Below, one piece after another: positions 7,824-17,266 of a stretch of 32,000 nt of DNA. The position numbers were made by a program, and so were the translations under genes. Every line of letters starts with the position of its first letter. Within the stretch, counting starts at the first letter, position 1. The notes below the pieces were generated by a model. That model was not told the DNA's origin. It was given only the letters and a program-made list of their open reading frames with translations, and ran no database searches. The stretch comes from Richelia sp. SL_2_1. Its GTDB lineage: Bacteria; Cyanobacteriota; Cyanobacteriia; Cyanobacteriales; Nostocaceae. The stretch is from positions 1,115 to 33,114 of the forward strand of contig JAAUSO010000041.1 in the NCBI GenBank assembly GCA_012033205.1, given 5' to 3'.

Positions 7824-8527
7824 ACGGGTTAAATTTATTAATTAATGATAAACATAACAATATTTTTTTTGGCGTAACAATTGGCTTAGTTACTAATAAT
7901 AAAGACCCAGATGGAATGGGAAGAATAAAAGTAAAATTTCCTTGGCTTTCTCAAGATGAAGAAAGTTACTGGGCAAGGGTTTTATCCCCAATGGCAGGAA
8001 ATGATAGAGGTATTTATTTCTTACCCGAAGTTGACGATGAAGTATTAGTTGCTTTTGAACAAGGTAATATGTCTTTACCTTATATTCTTGGTGCTTTATG
8101 GAACGGTAAAGATAAACCACCCTTCCAAAATGATGATGGTAAAAATAATCTCAGAGCAATCAAATCTCGTAGCGGTCATCAGATTATTTTAGATGATACT
8201 GAAGGGGAAGAAAAAATTATTATCCAAGATAAAACTGGCAAGAATCAAATTATAATTAATTCCCAAGATAATCAAATGGATATTAAAGTTGAAAAGGATT
8301 TAACTATTGAAACAAAAGGGAAAATTATTTTAAAAAGTAGCGATGATGATGTTTCAATTGAATGTAAAAATTTATCCATAAAAACACAAGAAAACTATCA
8401 ATTAGAAGTAGGCAAAAATTGTACCATTAAAGCAAAATCTAAATACGAATTGGAAGCACAATCTGGTTTAGGTATTAAATGTTCAGCAGGAGTAAAAATA
8501 AATGATGATTCCTTGGAGGTAATGTAG
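7820..8527 (+). CDS. Spike protein (gpV / gp5 OB-fold / VgrG-like, Afp8-like) with a C-terminal beta-helix
   Basis: 'GLVTNNKDPDGMGRIKVKFPWLSQDEESYWARVLSPMAGNDRGIYFLPEVDDEVLVAFEQGNMSLPYILGALWNG' is the gpV/VgrG OB-fold core. A repetitive beta-helix-like tail follows. The ATGA start overlaps the upstream gene. Confidence 0.85.
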   Translation: MNGLNLLINDKHNNIFFGVTIGLVTNNKDPDGMGRIKVKFPWLSQDEESYWARVLSPMAGNDRGIYFLPEVDDEVLVAFEQGNMSLPYILGALWNGKDKPPFQNDDGKNNLRAIKSRSGHQIILDDTEGEEKIIIQDKTGKNQIIINSQDNQMDIKVEKDLTIETKGKIILKSSDDDVSIECKNLSIKTQENYQLEVGKNCTIKAKSKYELEAQSGLGIKCSAGVKINDDSLEVM

Positions 8528-8913
8528 TGGATATTGATTTTTTAGGTGTAGGATGGACTTCACCAGTCGAATTTGATGAAAATGGTCAAATTAAGGTAGC
8601 AAAATATGAAGATACAGTGCGTCAATCGATTTGGATGATTCTGGGAACTGCTAAGGGAGAACGAGTCATGCGTCCTGATTTTGGCTGTAGTATTCACGAA
8701 AAAGTTTTTGCTCCGAATAGTTTAGGAACGGTAGGACAAATTGTTAGTGACGTGCGAGATGCTTTAATTGAATGGGAACCTCGGATTGATGTTTTAGATG
8801 TGGATACAATTCCCAATTCTAGTCAACCAAATGTAATTTTAATTCAAGTAAATTATCAAATTCGGACAACGAATAATATTTTTAATTTGGTTTATCCTTT
8901 CTATTTACAGTAA
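8527..8913 (+). CDS. Baseplate wedge protein, GPW/gp25 family (Afp9-like)
   Basis: 'SIWMILGTAKGERVMRPDFGCSIHEKVFAPN' and 'EWEPRIDV' are the gp25 signature. The GTG start overlaps the upstream TAG by 1 nt. Confidence 0.9.
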   Translation: MDIDFLGVGWTSPVEFDENGQIKVAKYEDTVRQSIWMILGTAKGERVMRPDFGCSIHEKVFAPNSLGTVGQIVSDVRDALIEWEPRIDVLDVDTIPNSSQPNVILIQVNYQIRTTNNIFNLVYPFYLQ

Positions 8914-8919
8914 TTTATT

Positions 8920-11900
8920 ATGGCTGCTTTACCTCCTAAAATTGATCAACGAACTTATGAGGAAATTATCAAAAAAACCGAAACTTTAGCCGAACAATTT
9001 AGCGATTGGCAACCAGTACAAGGTAAAACAGATGCGGGAGGAGCATTAATTCGCATCTTCGCTCGGATGGTAAAGTTAGTCAGTAATCGTCTTAACCAAG
9101 TACCGGAAAAAAATTTCCTTGCTTTCCTCGATTTAATTGGGGGACAACTCAAACCACCCCAACCGGCAAAAGTGCCCTTAACTTTTTATTTGGTAGAAGG
9201 GAGTCCCGTAGATGGATTAGTTCCCGCTCATACTCAAGTTTCTGCACCACCAGCAGAAGCTTCAGAGGAAGAAATCGTGTTTGAAACGGATCGGGAATTG
9301 GTGGTGACTACAGCGCAATTACAAGCGGTATATGTGCGTCAACCAAGTCAAGATAAGTATAGCGATCGCACTTGGGAAGCGACAGGACAAAAGGATGCTG
9401 CTTTCTTAGCTTTTGAAGGCGATCGCCCTATTCTTCATTATCTATACATAAGTTGTACAGAAATTTTTGCTTTGCCAGAATTAACAAATTTTCAATTAAT
9501 TATTACTACTAATAACGGTAATCAATTTCAAGAATTACTCCAATCCCTAAATTGGTCTTATTGGGATGGTTTCAAGTGGAAAGAAATTACATCTAACTAT
9601 GATGGTAATGAGAATAAATTTACTTTTCCTAATTTAGCTACCCCGACTAATTATGAAATTAATGGAAACACAGCGAGATGGTTACAAGCAAAGTTAACTG
9701 ATATTTATGTACATGATAATTTACCTCAAGTTAGTAATATTCAAGGTAAAATAAATATTGCAAAAGCTGATTTGATCCCAGAAGTTTGTTTATTTAATAA
9801 TATATTTTTAGATTTAACAAAAGATTTTTATCCTTTTGGTGAACAGCCAGAGTTGAATGATACATTTTATCTGGCGTTACACGATACTTTGATTAAACCG
9901 AATACAATCATTACTATTAATATATCTTTAAGTCATAAACCTTTAGAAATAGATAAATTAAAAATTATCTGGGAAATTGGTAACGGTGAAAAATGGCAAG
10001 AAATAGGGAATCAAAATCATCAAGTAAAATGGATTGAGAACTATTCAGCGATTCAATTTACTGAAGGAGATAATATTCAAGCAAAATTACAATTTCCCAA
10101 TCAAGAAAATTTACCTGCTCCCAGCATCATAAATGGAGAAACTCCTTATTGGATTCGCGCTCGGATTATTCAAGGTCATTATGGTCAACCAAGTAAAACA
10201 AGAAAATACGCTATTTATAATGAAGTCGCAATCGTAAACGATATTCCTGCAAACAACCAAATTAAGATTGTAGGAAATGCCAGTGACTTTCTCAGTAAAA
10301 ATGATATTATTCGGCTGTCATGGATAGAAAACAGCACTGAAAAACGAGAAGAATATCAAATTAAAAATATTACAGAAAGTACAATAGAATTAAATACAAA
10401 TTTAAGTGAGAAAGCGAAGCAAAAAGGAACAAAAATATTTCGTAGAGATACTATTACCGAAACAATTTCTCCAACTTACGACCCACCTGCAATTAAATCA
10501 TTAAAATTAACATATAACTTTGCATTAGAAGAAGATTCTATATATCTTGCTAAGAATGACTTTAATTATTCTTACCCTAATAATAATAATTTTGGACCAT
10601 TTACATCTACTGTAGACAAAGAACCAACACTTTATCTCGGATTTGATAATTTTTTTGATAATAAAACAGTTACTCTTTACGCTCAAATTGAACCACCATT
10701 ATCAGATGAATTATCAACCGATATTAGATCAGAAACTTTAAAACCTCAATTAGTTTGGGAATATTCTAGCCCTAATGGTTGGCAACCATTGGGAGTACAA
10801 AATGAAACCCAAGCATTTTCTCAATCTGGTTTAATTCAATTTATTGCTCCTGTAGATTTCAGTAAAATAGAAACCTTTGGAAAACAACTATATTGGTTGC
10901 GAATTCGTTGGCAAAGTGGTACCTTTCGAGTTAAACCCCGTCTGCGTCGTATATTAACTAATACTACTTGGGCAATTCAAGCAATTAGCCTCAAAGAAGA
11001 AGTTTTAGGTTCAAGTAATTATGAACCAAATCAAATTTTTATTGCTAATAATACCCCCATTTTGATAGGACAACAGTTAGAAGTTGCAGAAGCACAAATT
11101 CCCCCGGAATTAGAATCCGATAGAATCAAAATAATTCGAGATGATGTCGGAGAAATTGAAGAAGTTTGGGTACTTTGGCAAGAAGTTGCCGATTTTTACG
11201 GTTCTGGTGCAGACAATCGCCATTATATTTTAGACCGACAAACCGGAGAAATTCGCTTTGGTGATGGACAAACAGGAATGATTCCCCCCAGAGGACGTAA
11301 TAATATTCGATTGTCTTTTTACCGTACTGGAGGAGGTAAACAAGGAAACATCGCTTCACGCACCATCAACCAACTTAAAACCACTATTCCCTACATCGAT
11401 AGGGTAATCAACCTCGAACCCTGTGGAGGAGGAGCCGAACAAGAAACTTTAGAACGTCTTAAACAACGAGTACCAAAACAACTTCGCCATCGCCATCGTG
11501 CTGTGACTATTGAAGATTTTGAGGATTTAGCTTATGAAGCTTCTACTGATGTAGCAAGAGTTAAAGTAGTTACCGCAGATTTACTGACTGCTAACTTTAG
11601 TCCTTTAAATGAAAACTTTTGGCTAGATACTAGTAAACCAGATATATCCTTTGAAGATAGTCTCAACGATAAATTGCAGAAAATCAACGATAGTCAAAGA
11701 GATAACTTTAAAAAAATGATGCAAGAAATTAACCGTCGTGGAGGACAAGTTAAATTAATTATTTTGCCTTATAGTGGCGATCGCCAACCTATTCCAAGTT
11801 TAGCTTTATTGGAGCAAGTTGAAACCTATATTCGTTCGCGCTGTCAAGCAACGGTGGATTTATTAGTTACCGCCCCCAAATGGGAAAAAGTCAGTGTGAA

Positions 11901-12183
11901 TGCAACTATAACTCCCATTTCTTTAGAAGGTGCAGACATGATTAGAAACACCGTAAAACAACGTTTAGAAGCTTTTCTTCATCCCTTAAGCGGGGGGACA
12001 GGGGAGGGATGGCAATTTGGACGCTATCCTCAAAAGTCCGATTTTTACGCTATTATTCAATCTATTTCCGGAGTTGATTATGTTAATTCTTTAGAAATAT
12101 CGTTATCTTCAACAGAAGCAAATTCATCCCTTAGTGCTGATACTTTGATTTATTCGGGAAATCATATTATTAATTTAAAGTAA
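8920..12183 (+). CDS. Baseplate J / gp6-like protein (Afp11/Cis11-like), very long form with large inserted domains
   Basis: The N-terminus 'IDQRTYEEII' and C-terminal block 'LKQRVPKQLRHRHRAVTIEDFEDLA...' are typical baseplate-J. About 700 aa of extra sequence lies between them. Confidence 0.85.
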   Translation: MAALPPKIDQRTYEEIIKKTETLAEQFSDWQPVQGKTDAGGALIRIFARMVKLVSNRLNQVPEKNFLAFLDLIGGQLKPPQPAKVPLTFYLVEGSPVDGLVPAHTQVSAPPAEASEEEIVFETDRELVVTTAQLQAVYVRQPSQDKYSDRTWEATGQKDAAFLAFEGDRPILHYLYISCTEIFALPELTNFQLIITTNNGNQFQELLQSLNWSYWDGFKWKEITSNYDGNENKFTFPNLATPTNYEINGNTARWLQAKLTDIYVHDNLPQVSNIQGKINIAKADLIPEVCLFNNIFLDLTKDFYPFGEQPELNDTFYLALHDTLIKPNTIITINISLSHKPLEIDKLKIIWEIGNGEKWQEIGNQNHQVKWIENYSAIQFTEGDNIQAKLQFPNQENLPAPSIINGETPYWIRARIIQGHYGQPSKTRKYAIYNEVAIVNDIPANNQIKIVGNASDFLSKNDIIRLSWIENSTEKREEYQIKNITESTIELNTNLSEKAKQKGTKIFRRDTITETISPTYDPPAIKSLKLTYNFALEEDSIYLAKNDFNYSYPNNNNFGPFTSTVDKEPTLYLGFDNFFDNKTVTLYAQIEPPLSDELSTDIRSETLKPQLVWEYSSPNGWQPLGVQNETQAFSQSGLIQFIAPVDFSKIETFGKQLYWLRIRWQSGTFRVKPRLRRILTNTTWAIQAISLKEEVLGSSNYEPNQIFIANNTPILIGQQLEVAEAQIPPELESDRIKIIRDDVGEIEEVWVLWQEVADFYGSGADNRHYILDRQTGEIRFGDGQTGMIPPRGRNNIRLSFYRTGGGKQGNIASRTINQLKTTIPYIDRVINLEPCGGGAEQETLERLKQRVPKQLRHRHRAVTIEDFEDLAYEASTDVARVKVVTADLLTANFSPLNENFWLDTSKPDISFEDSLNDKLQKINDSQRDNFKKMMQEINRRGGQVKLIILPYSGDRQPIPSLALLEQVETYIRSRCQATVDLLVTAPKWEKVSVNATITPISLEGADMIRNTVKQRLEAFLHPLSGGTGEGWQFGRYPQKSDFYAIIQSISGVDYVNSLEISLSSTEANSSLSADTLIYSGNHIINLK

Positions 12184-12231
12184 TAGGGAACAGGGGACAA
12201 TTTTCTTTCTATATTCAGTTGTTTTTAATCC

Positions 12232-12259
12232 AAAATCTAAAATCTAAAATCCAAAATCG
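12232..12259. repeat. (AAAATCY)4 heptamer array ending 1 nt before the ATG at 12261
   Basis: Read directly: AAAATCT AAAATCT AAAATCC AAAATCG A ATG. Confidence 0.9.
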
Positions 12260-12260
12260 A

Positions 12261-13214
12261 ATGACTTTACCATTACCCAATCTTGATGACCGGACCTATG
12301 CTAACTTAGTAGAAGAAGCAATTTCTCAAATTCCAGTTGAATATCCAGAATGGACAGATCATAATCCTACAGATACAGGAATTATTCTGATTGAATTGCT
12401 AGCTTGGTTAACGGAAATGACTCTTTATCGCGTCAATAAAATTAGAGATGATAATTATGCTAGCTTTATCAGTTTACTTAAAGGAGAACAATGGGATTTA
12501 CCTAATGTTGCTGCTCAAGAAAGACAAAAAAAATTGCAATCCGAAATTCAAAAAACCTTATTAGAATTACGTCATCGTTATCGGGCAGTTACAATCGAAG
12601 ATTATGAAAAATTAGTTCTAGAAGATTGGAATCAATTGTCAAATTCTACTCATTTAAAAATTGCCCGTATCAAGTGTTTACCAGAACGTAATTTATCTCA
12701 ATTAGATGCTGCTACTTTTGCCAAAGGACATATTAGTTTAGTAGTTGTTCCCGAAAATAATCATCAAGTAAATCTGGAAGAAAATAAATATAAAGCCTTA
12801 TTTGATTTTCTCGATCAAAGAAAATTGTTGACAACTCGTTTGCATATTGTAGAACCATTATATGTATATGTAAGCATAGAAGTAGAACTAGTGCTTAAAG
12901 ATGGCGCACAAGCAGAAGAAGTTAAAAAAAAGGCACAAACAGAAGTTACAATGTTTTTTGATCCTTTAGAATCAGGAAAATATTGGCAAGGTAAAGGATG
13001 GGTTTTTGGTAGAGGTATTTATTTATCAGAATTATATAAAATATTGGATGATTTAGAAGGTGTAGATTATGTGGAAAAGCTACAGATTAAAGATAAAGAG
13101 AATCAATCTAAATCAGAAATTTATTTAGCAGATAATCAGTTAGTTGATTTTGATATAGAAGAGAGCAAATTTACAATATTGGTGCAAGTTGGTAATGAAC
13201 GAAAATCAATTTAA
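12261..13214 (+). CDS. Short baseplate J-like paralogue
   Basis: 'LPNLDDRTYANLVEEA...TDTGIILIELLAWLTEMTLYR' and 'LRHRYRAVTIEDYEKLV' parallel the ends of the long J protein. The ORF-track TTG start at 12219 would translate the heptamer array, so ATG 12261 is preferred. Confidence 0.75.
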   Translation: MTLPLPNLDDRTYANLVEEAISQIPVEYPEWTDHNPTDTGIILIELLAWLTEMTLYRVNKIRDDNYASFISLLKGEQWDLPNVAAQERQKKLQSEIQKTLLELRHRYRAVTIEDYEKLVLEDWNQLSNSTHLKIARIKCLPERNLSQLDAATFAKGHISLVVVPENNHQVNLEENKYKALFDFLDQRKLLTTRLHIVEPLYVYVSIEVELVLKDGAQAEEVKKKAQTEVTMFFDPLESGKYWQGKGWVFGRGIYLSELYKILDDLEGVDYVEKLQIKDKENQSKSEIYLADNQLVDFDIEESKFTILVQVGNERKSI

Positions 13215-14799
13215 ATCAGTTAGTACTTATCAACAGTATTTACCTGCAATTCTCCAAGAAGATACTGTTCTCGGTCAGTTTTTGCTAGCATTTGAAGCAA
13301 TTCTCAGTGGTGAGGATACAATTTCTAATCAAGCGCAAATTATTACAAAAGATACACAAAAACCACCAGGATTAGAAGAGATTATTGATAATATTCATCT
13401 TTATTTTAATCCTCAACAAACTCCAGAAGAATTTTTACCTTGGTTAGCAGGTTGGGTAGCTTTAAGTTTACGAAATGATTGGCAAGTGGAGGTTAAAAGG
13501 GCATTTATTCAGAAAATTGTCGGACTTTATCGTTTGAGAGGAACAAAAGCGGGATTGATTGAAATTTTGAGTATTTATTTAAAAAATTCAGGATTTGGAG
13601 AAAAAGTTGAAGTCTTCGATCAATTTACTAACTTTCCCCATTATTTTCAAGTTCAACTAACTTTAAATGATCGCAATCCTGAAAAATATTGGCGACAAGC
13701 TAAAATTGCTCAAGCAATTATTGATCAACAAAAGCCTGCACAGACATTTTATAGTCTAAAAATTCTTGTGCCAACGATGCAGTTAACTAAGCAATCCCAA
13801 GTTGCTTATCCTTTTAAGTTATTTGAATCTACTCAAAATCAAACATTTGCAATTGAACTCAAAATTACCCCTAATCAAATTGATAGCGCTCAAATTGATC
13901 AATTAGCAAAACAATTAGTTGTTCAACTCCAAGGTAATTCAAAATTAATTACCTTTTCAGCACCTCAAACGATTATCGATAATCAATCTTTTTCTGTTAA
14001 ATATCAACTTAATTATCAACATTTTAGAGAAAACTTAGAAGGCTTTAATGTTAAATTATCGAATAGAACAGATCAAGTTTTTACTGGAAATTTAGCAATT
14101 AAACTTTATTTTTATATAAATGAAATAGAACATACTAATACAGTATTAGAACAATCGATAAATTTATCACCCATCTTGAAAATATGTCGTATCAATAGTG
14201 CTAAAGAAATTATTGAGGGAAATACAATTTTTTCACAAGTAAGTCAACCCCAAATATCGGGAATGAAGATTACAGAATATCTTTGGACTCCACCCTATAA
14301 ATTTCAAACATTTGCAGCACCCCGTCAGCAAGAATTGCAGCCTGAAGTTACTGCGATTATAGAAAAAATAGAGCTAGAAGCGATTGTGGAAATAACTGAA
14401 CCTAACCCAGTTACCACAGATATACTCAATAAAATCACAGTACGATTCAAAGATGATATTTCTGAATTTCATTTGTTTACGCCAGAAACTAGCGTCGCAA
14501 ATAATCAAATTACAATTAAGCGTACTATCAATTATCAACATTTTTTACAAGCTCTAGATAAATTAGTTGTGACTATCCAAAATTTGAATAATATTGATAT
14601 TGTAGGTAAAGTGACTGTGCAAGTTGCCTTAAATATTAATCAAAGTTTATCTACTCATACATTAGTAGAAAAAACTTTTAATTTAGCATCAGTTCCGATG
14701 AATGATATTTTACGAATTTGTCGTAGAAATGAGCAGGGAGAAATTATTAAAGAACCCAACAATACTATTTTGGGAACAACAACTCAATCATTAAACTAA
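13195..14799 (+). CDS. Phage tail protein I-like / gp7-like baseplate protein (Afp12-like) with a tandemly duplicated C-terminal module
   Basis: 'YLPAILQED..LGQFLLAFE', 'FNPQQTPEEFLPWLAGWVALSL', 'KRAFIQKIVGLYRLRGTKAGLIEIL' fit the P2 gpI-like family. ATG 13195 lies within the ORF-track 13189 ORF. Confidence 0.75.
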   Translation: MNENQFKSVSTYQQYLPAILQEDTVLGQFLLAFEAILSGEDTISNQAQIITKDTQKPPGLEEIIDNIHLYFNPQQTPEEFLPWLAGWVALSLRNDWQVEVKRAFIQKIVGLYRLRGTKAGLIEILSIYLKNSGFGEKVEVFDQFTNFPHYFQVQLTLNDRNPEKYWRQAKIAQAIIDQQKPAQTFYSLKILVPTMQLTKQSQVAYPFKLFESTQNQTFAIELKITPNQIDSAQIDQLAKQLVVQLQGNSKLITFSAPQTIIDNQSFSVKYQLNYQHFRENLEGFNVKLSNRTDQVFTGNLAIKLYFYINEIEHTNTVLEQSINLSPILKICRINSAKEIIEGNTIFSQVSQPQISGMKITEYLWTPPYKFQTFAAPRQQELQPEVTAIIEKIELEAIVEITEPNPVTTDILNKITVRFKDDISEFHLFTPETSVANNQITIKRTINYQHFLQALDKLVVTIQNLNNIDIVGKVTVQVALNINQSLSTHTLVEKTFNLASVPMNDILRICRRNEQGEIIKEPNNTILGTTTQSLN

Positions 14800-14817
14800 A
14801 CTAAAAAGAGAAATAAC

Positions 14818-16755
14818 ATGGCTAAAACTACCGATTTCACGACCTTTGCTACCGAACATCCCAACTATTTTCCAGGTCAATATTTACTAGAAGAAGACTT
14901 TGAAATTCAACATAAATATTTGAGCGATCGCCAACGTTATTATAATCATAGTCTTCATGTTTCAGGAATTATTGAAGGGTTGGAAGTTGAAGTTACTCAA
15001 GATAAAAAATCTCTGCTGATCAAATCTGGCTCAGCTATAGATAGTAAAGGGAATTTGGTTGTTTCAAAAGTAGATATTACCTTTTCCGAATTTAACAACA
15101 TTACTAGCGGTGAACTTTATATTCAATATTTTCAAAAACAAGGAGTTCAACAGCAAGAAAACGTAGATGAAAGCTATACACGCTGGATTGAAAATCCTAT
15201 TTTTGGATTTGCAGCGACATCTCCTGAAAATGGAATTAAATTAGCAAAACTGACAATTTCCGGAGATACTATTACTCTTGATACTAACATTCGGGAATAT
15301 TCGGGTTTATCTTTACCCAACTCTAATGATAAAGCTTTGACTCTACGTTCTGGGGGGAATACAAATCCAAATTTAGCAGTTTTAACAGGTAGTTTAAAGA
15401 TTGACGGGGATTTAACAGTTACTGGAATAATTTCCGGAAAAATAGATACTGAAAACATTACCTCTGGAATATTAAGTGTTGAGCGTATTCCTAATTTATC
15501 TGCGGATAAAATTACTTCTGGAGTATTAGCTGTCGAGCGTATTCCTAACTTATCTGCGAATAAAATCACTTCTGGAGTATTAGCTGTCGAGCATATTCCT
15601 AACTTATCTGCGAATAAAATTACTTCTGGTTCTATTAATGGAAATATTAATATAAAAGGTAGTTTAACCATTCAAGAAGGTAATGTTAATCTGGCAGGTA
15701 ATCAACAAATTATTTTTACAGATACCGACATAACAAACAAGCTCAAACTACAACTTTGGGATGGATATGGATTTGGTATTAACGGTAGCACCTTATTTTA
15801 TACAGCGAATGGTAAACATTCTTGGCGAGATGCTGAAAGTAAAGAAAGAATGTTATTAACTACAGGTGAGAATGGTGGGTTAACAGTCAATGGAACGGGG
15901 AGTTCTTCTTTTGGTGGTAGTTTAACAGTTACCGGAAGTTTGACAATTAATACAGGTGGTGCATATTCATGGAATAAATTGGTTGTAACAACAACATCTG
16001 AATGGGGAGATGGAGACAATAAATATGTGACAATTGGAGCAGGTGGAGCAGATGGAATTATGTTATCGAATCCCCACGTTACTTGGAGAGATAGCAGAGC
16101 TTCAATTCGTTATGGACGTGCTGGAGGAATACAATCAGGTTCTTACTGGGATTGTGGTGTTCGTCAAGATGGCTCTTTTTCTTTTTCATTAGAAGGACCT
16201 AGTGATCATAAATTAACAATCGCCAAAAATGGAAATATATCAATCGAAGGAGAAATAAAATCGCGAGGAATTCATGTAGAGTATGATCGCACTACTCACA
16301 TTGAGAAAGATGGCGCTTTGTATCGTTATAATGGGCAAGTATATATAAGTATTGACGATAATTTATATATAAGAGATTATAGTAGGAATAAATATATTCA
16401 CTTAGATGTTTTAAATCAAAAGATTAACTATTCTAGTGATATAAAGCTGAAAAAGAATATTCAACCTCTTGAAAATGGATTGCAAAAGATACTGAGTTTG
16501 CGTGGAGTAACTTTTGAGTGGAAGGATGATGAATTTTCTCAGCAACCTCATAAGCAATTGGGACTTATTGCTCAAGAGGTAGAAAGTATCTTTCCGGAAA
16601 TTGTACAAATTGGTCATGACGGAATCAGGTCTATCCATTACATCGGCTTAATTACTCCTATGATCGAAGCGATTAAAGAGCAACAAAAACAGATTTCCAG
16701 TTTATTAATGCGACTTGAAGAACAACAAAACAATAACGTCAAATTAAAAAATTAA
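14818..16755 (+). CDS. Tail fibre protein with a C-terminal S74-type intramolecular chaperone (auto-cleaving) domain
   Basis: The C-terminus 'SSDIKLKKNIQPLENGLQKILSLRGVTFEWKDDE...LGLIAQEVESIFPEIV...IHYIGLITPMIEAIKEQQKQI' matches the endosialidase-chaperone domain. 'ITSGVLAVERIPNLSANK' repeats and a Gly-rich beta region are typical of fibres. Confidence 0.8.
   Translation: MAKTTDFTTFATEHPNYFPGQYLLEEDFEIQHKYLSDRQRYYNHSLHVSGIIEGLEVEVTQDKKSLLIKSGSAIDSKGNLVVSKVDITFSEFNNITSGELYIQYFQKQGVQQQENVDESYTRWIENPIFGFAATSPENGIKLAKLTISGDTITLDTNIREYSGLSLPNSNDKALTLRSGGNTNPNLAVLTGSLKIDGDLTVTGIISGKIDTENITSGILSVERIPNLSADKITSGVLAVERIPNLSANKITSGVLAVEHIPNLSANKITSGSINGNINIKGSLTIQEGNVNLAGNQQIIFTDTDITNKLKLQLWDGYGFGINGSTLFYTANGKHSWRDAESKERMLLTTGENGGLTVNGTGSSSFGGSLTVTGSLTINTGGAYSWNKLVVTTTSEWGDGDNKYVTIGAGGADGIMLSNPHVTWRDSRASIRYGRAGGIQSGSYWDCGVRQDGSFSFSLEGPSDHKLTIAKNGNISIEGEIKSRGIHVEYDRTTHIEKDGALYRYNGQVYISIDDNLYIRDYSRNKYIHLDVLNQKINYSSDIKLKKNIQPLENGLQKILSLRGVTFEWKDDEFSQQPHKQLGLIAQEVESIFPEIVQIGHDGIRSIHYIGLITPMIEAIKEQQKQISSLLMRLEEQQNNNVKLKN
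15457..15630 (+). repeat. 3.2 tandem copies of a 54-nt (18-aa) unit inside the fibre gene
   Basis: Units at 15457-15510, 15511-15564 and 15565-15618, plus a partial fourth, encode ITSG(I/V)L(S/A)VE(R/H)IPNLSA(D/N)K. Confidence 0.9.
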
Positions 16756-16837
16756 GCAGAAATTTATCCTCATTTATATTACAAACTAAAAATAAATATG
16801 AGTGATAAAACCTTGATTACTTTCTCATACGAAACCA

Positions 16838-17266
16838 ATGTCTGACTTCATTATTATTACCGGAGATAAAGCCATGTTTAACCCCAACTTCGGACAAGCA
16901 ATTGTTACTGTACGCCCAGGGGATTTAATTGGCACCGGAAAAGATAAAATTAATGGCAAACTAGTTTGTGTCGATGGTGACGAGAAAAAAGTTATCGTAC
17001 CTGGGTGTAATTACATGACCCCACAATATAGTATTCCAGGGGTAGGAATGCTCACAATCGAATCCCTTGCAGGCAACCAAAAAGCTCAAAAGACCGAATC
17101 TAGCGGTAAACCTGTACTGCTAAAAGGTGCTTCTTTCCAAGCCAAATTTCAAGTGATGGTTCCCGCTCAACAACCTTCAATACCCAATCCTATTCCTGAC
17201 GCTACCCCCCAATACTCCGGTACTGGTACATTTAATTCTATGAATACAAAGGTCAAAGGAACATGA
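16838..17266 (+). CDS. Unknown 142-aa protein at the end of the eCIS operon; weak resemblance to DUF4280/PAAR-like spike-tip proteins
   Basis: Same strand, 82 nt after the fibre gene, and overlapped (ATGA) by the next ORF. The beta-rich pattern 'IIITGDKAMFNPNFGQAIVTVRPGDL...GKPVLLKGASFQAKFQV' only loosely recalls DUF4280. The function call is very tentative. Confidence 0.4.
   Translation: MSDFIIITGDKAMFNPNFGQAIVTVRPGDLIGTGKDKINGKLVCVDGDEKKVIVPGCNYMTPQYSIPGVGMLTIESLAGNQKAQKTESSGKPVLLKGASFQAKFQVMVPAQQPSIPNPIPDATPQYSGTGTFNSMNTKVKGT

Noticed and set aside
381-16638. Antisense ORFs inside eCIS genes (381..572, 687..908, 844..1041, 1801..2025, 2161..2349, 6383..6589, 7893..8120, 8955..9152, 11126..11359, 15174..15671, 15798..16019, 16411..16638)
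   Set aside because: Each lies wholly within, and opposite to, a longer ORF with clear family signatures. Their translations are low-complexity. The 165-aa ORF 15174..15671 merely mirrors the 54-nt fibre repeats.
16798-16845. 15-codon mini-ORF 'MSDKTLITFSYETNV*', starting with the same MSD as the following 142-aa ORF
   Set aside because: The resemblance is limited to three residues encoded by different Ser codons, so it is probably coincidence. It is too short to support.
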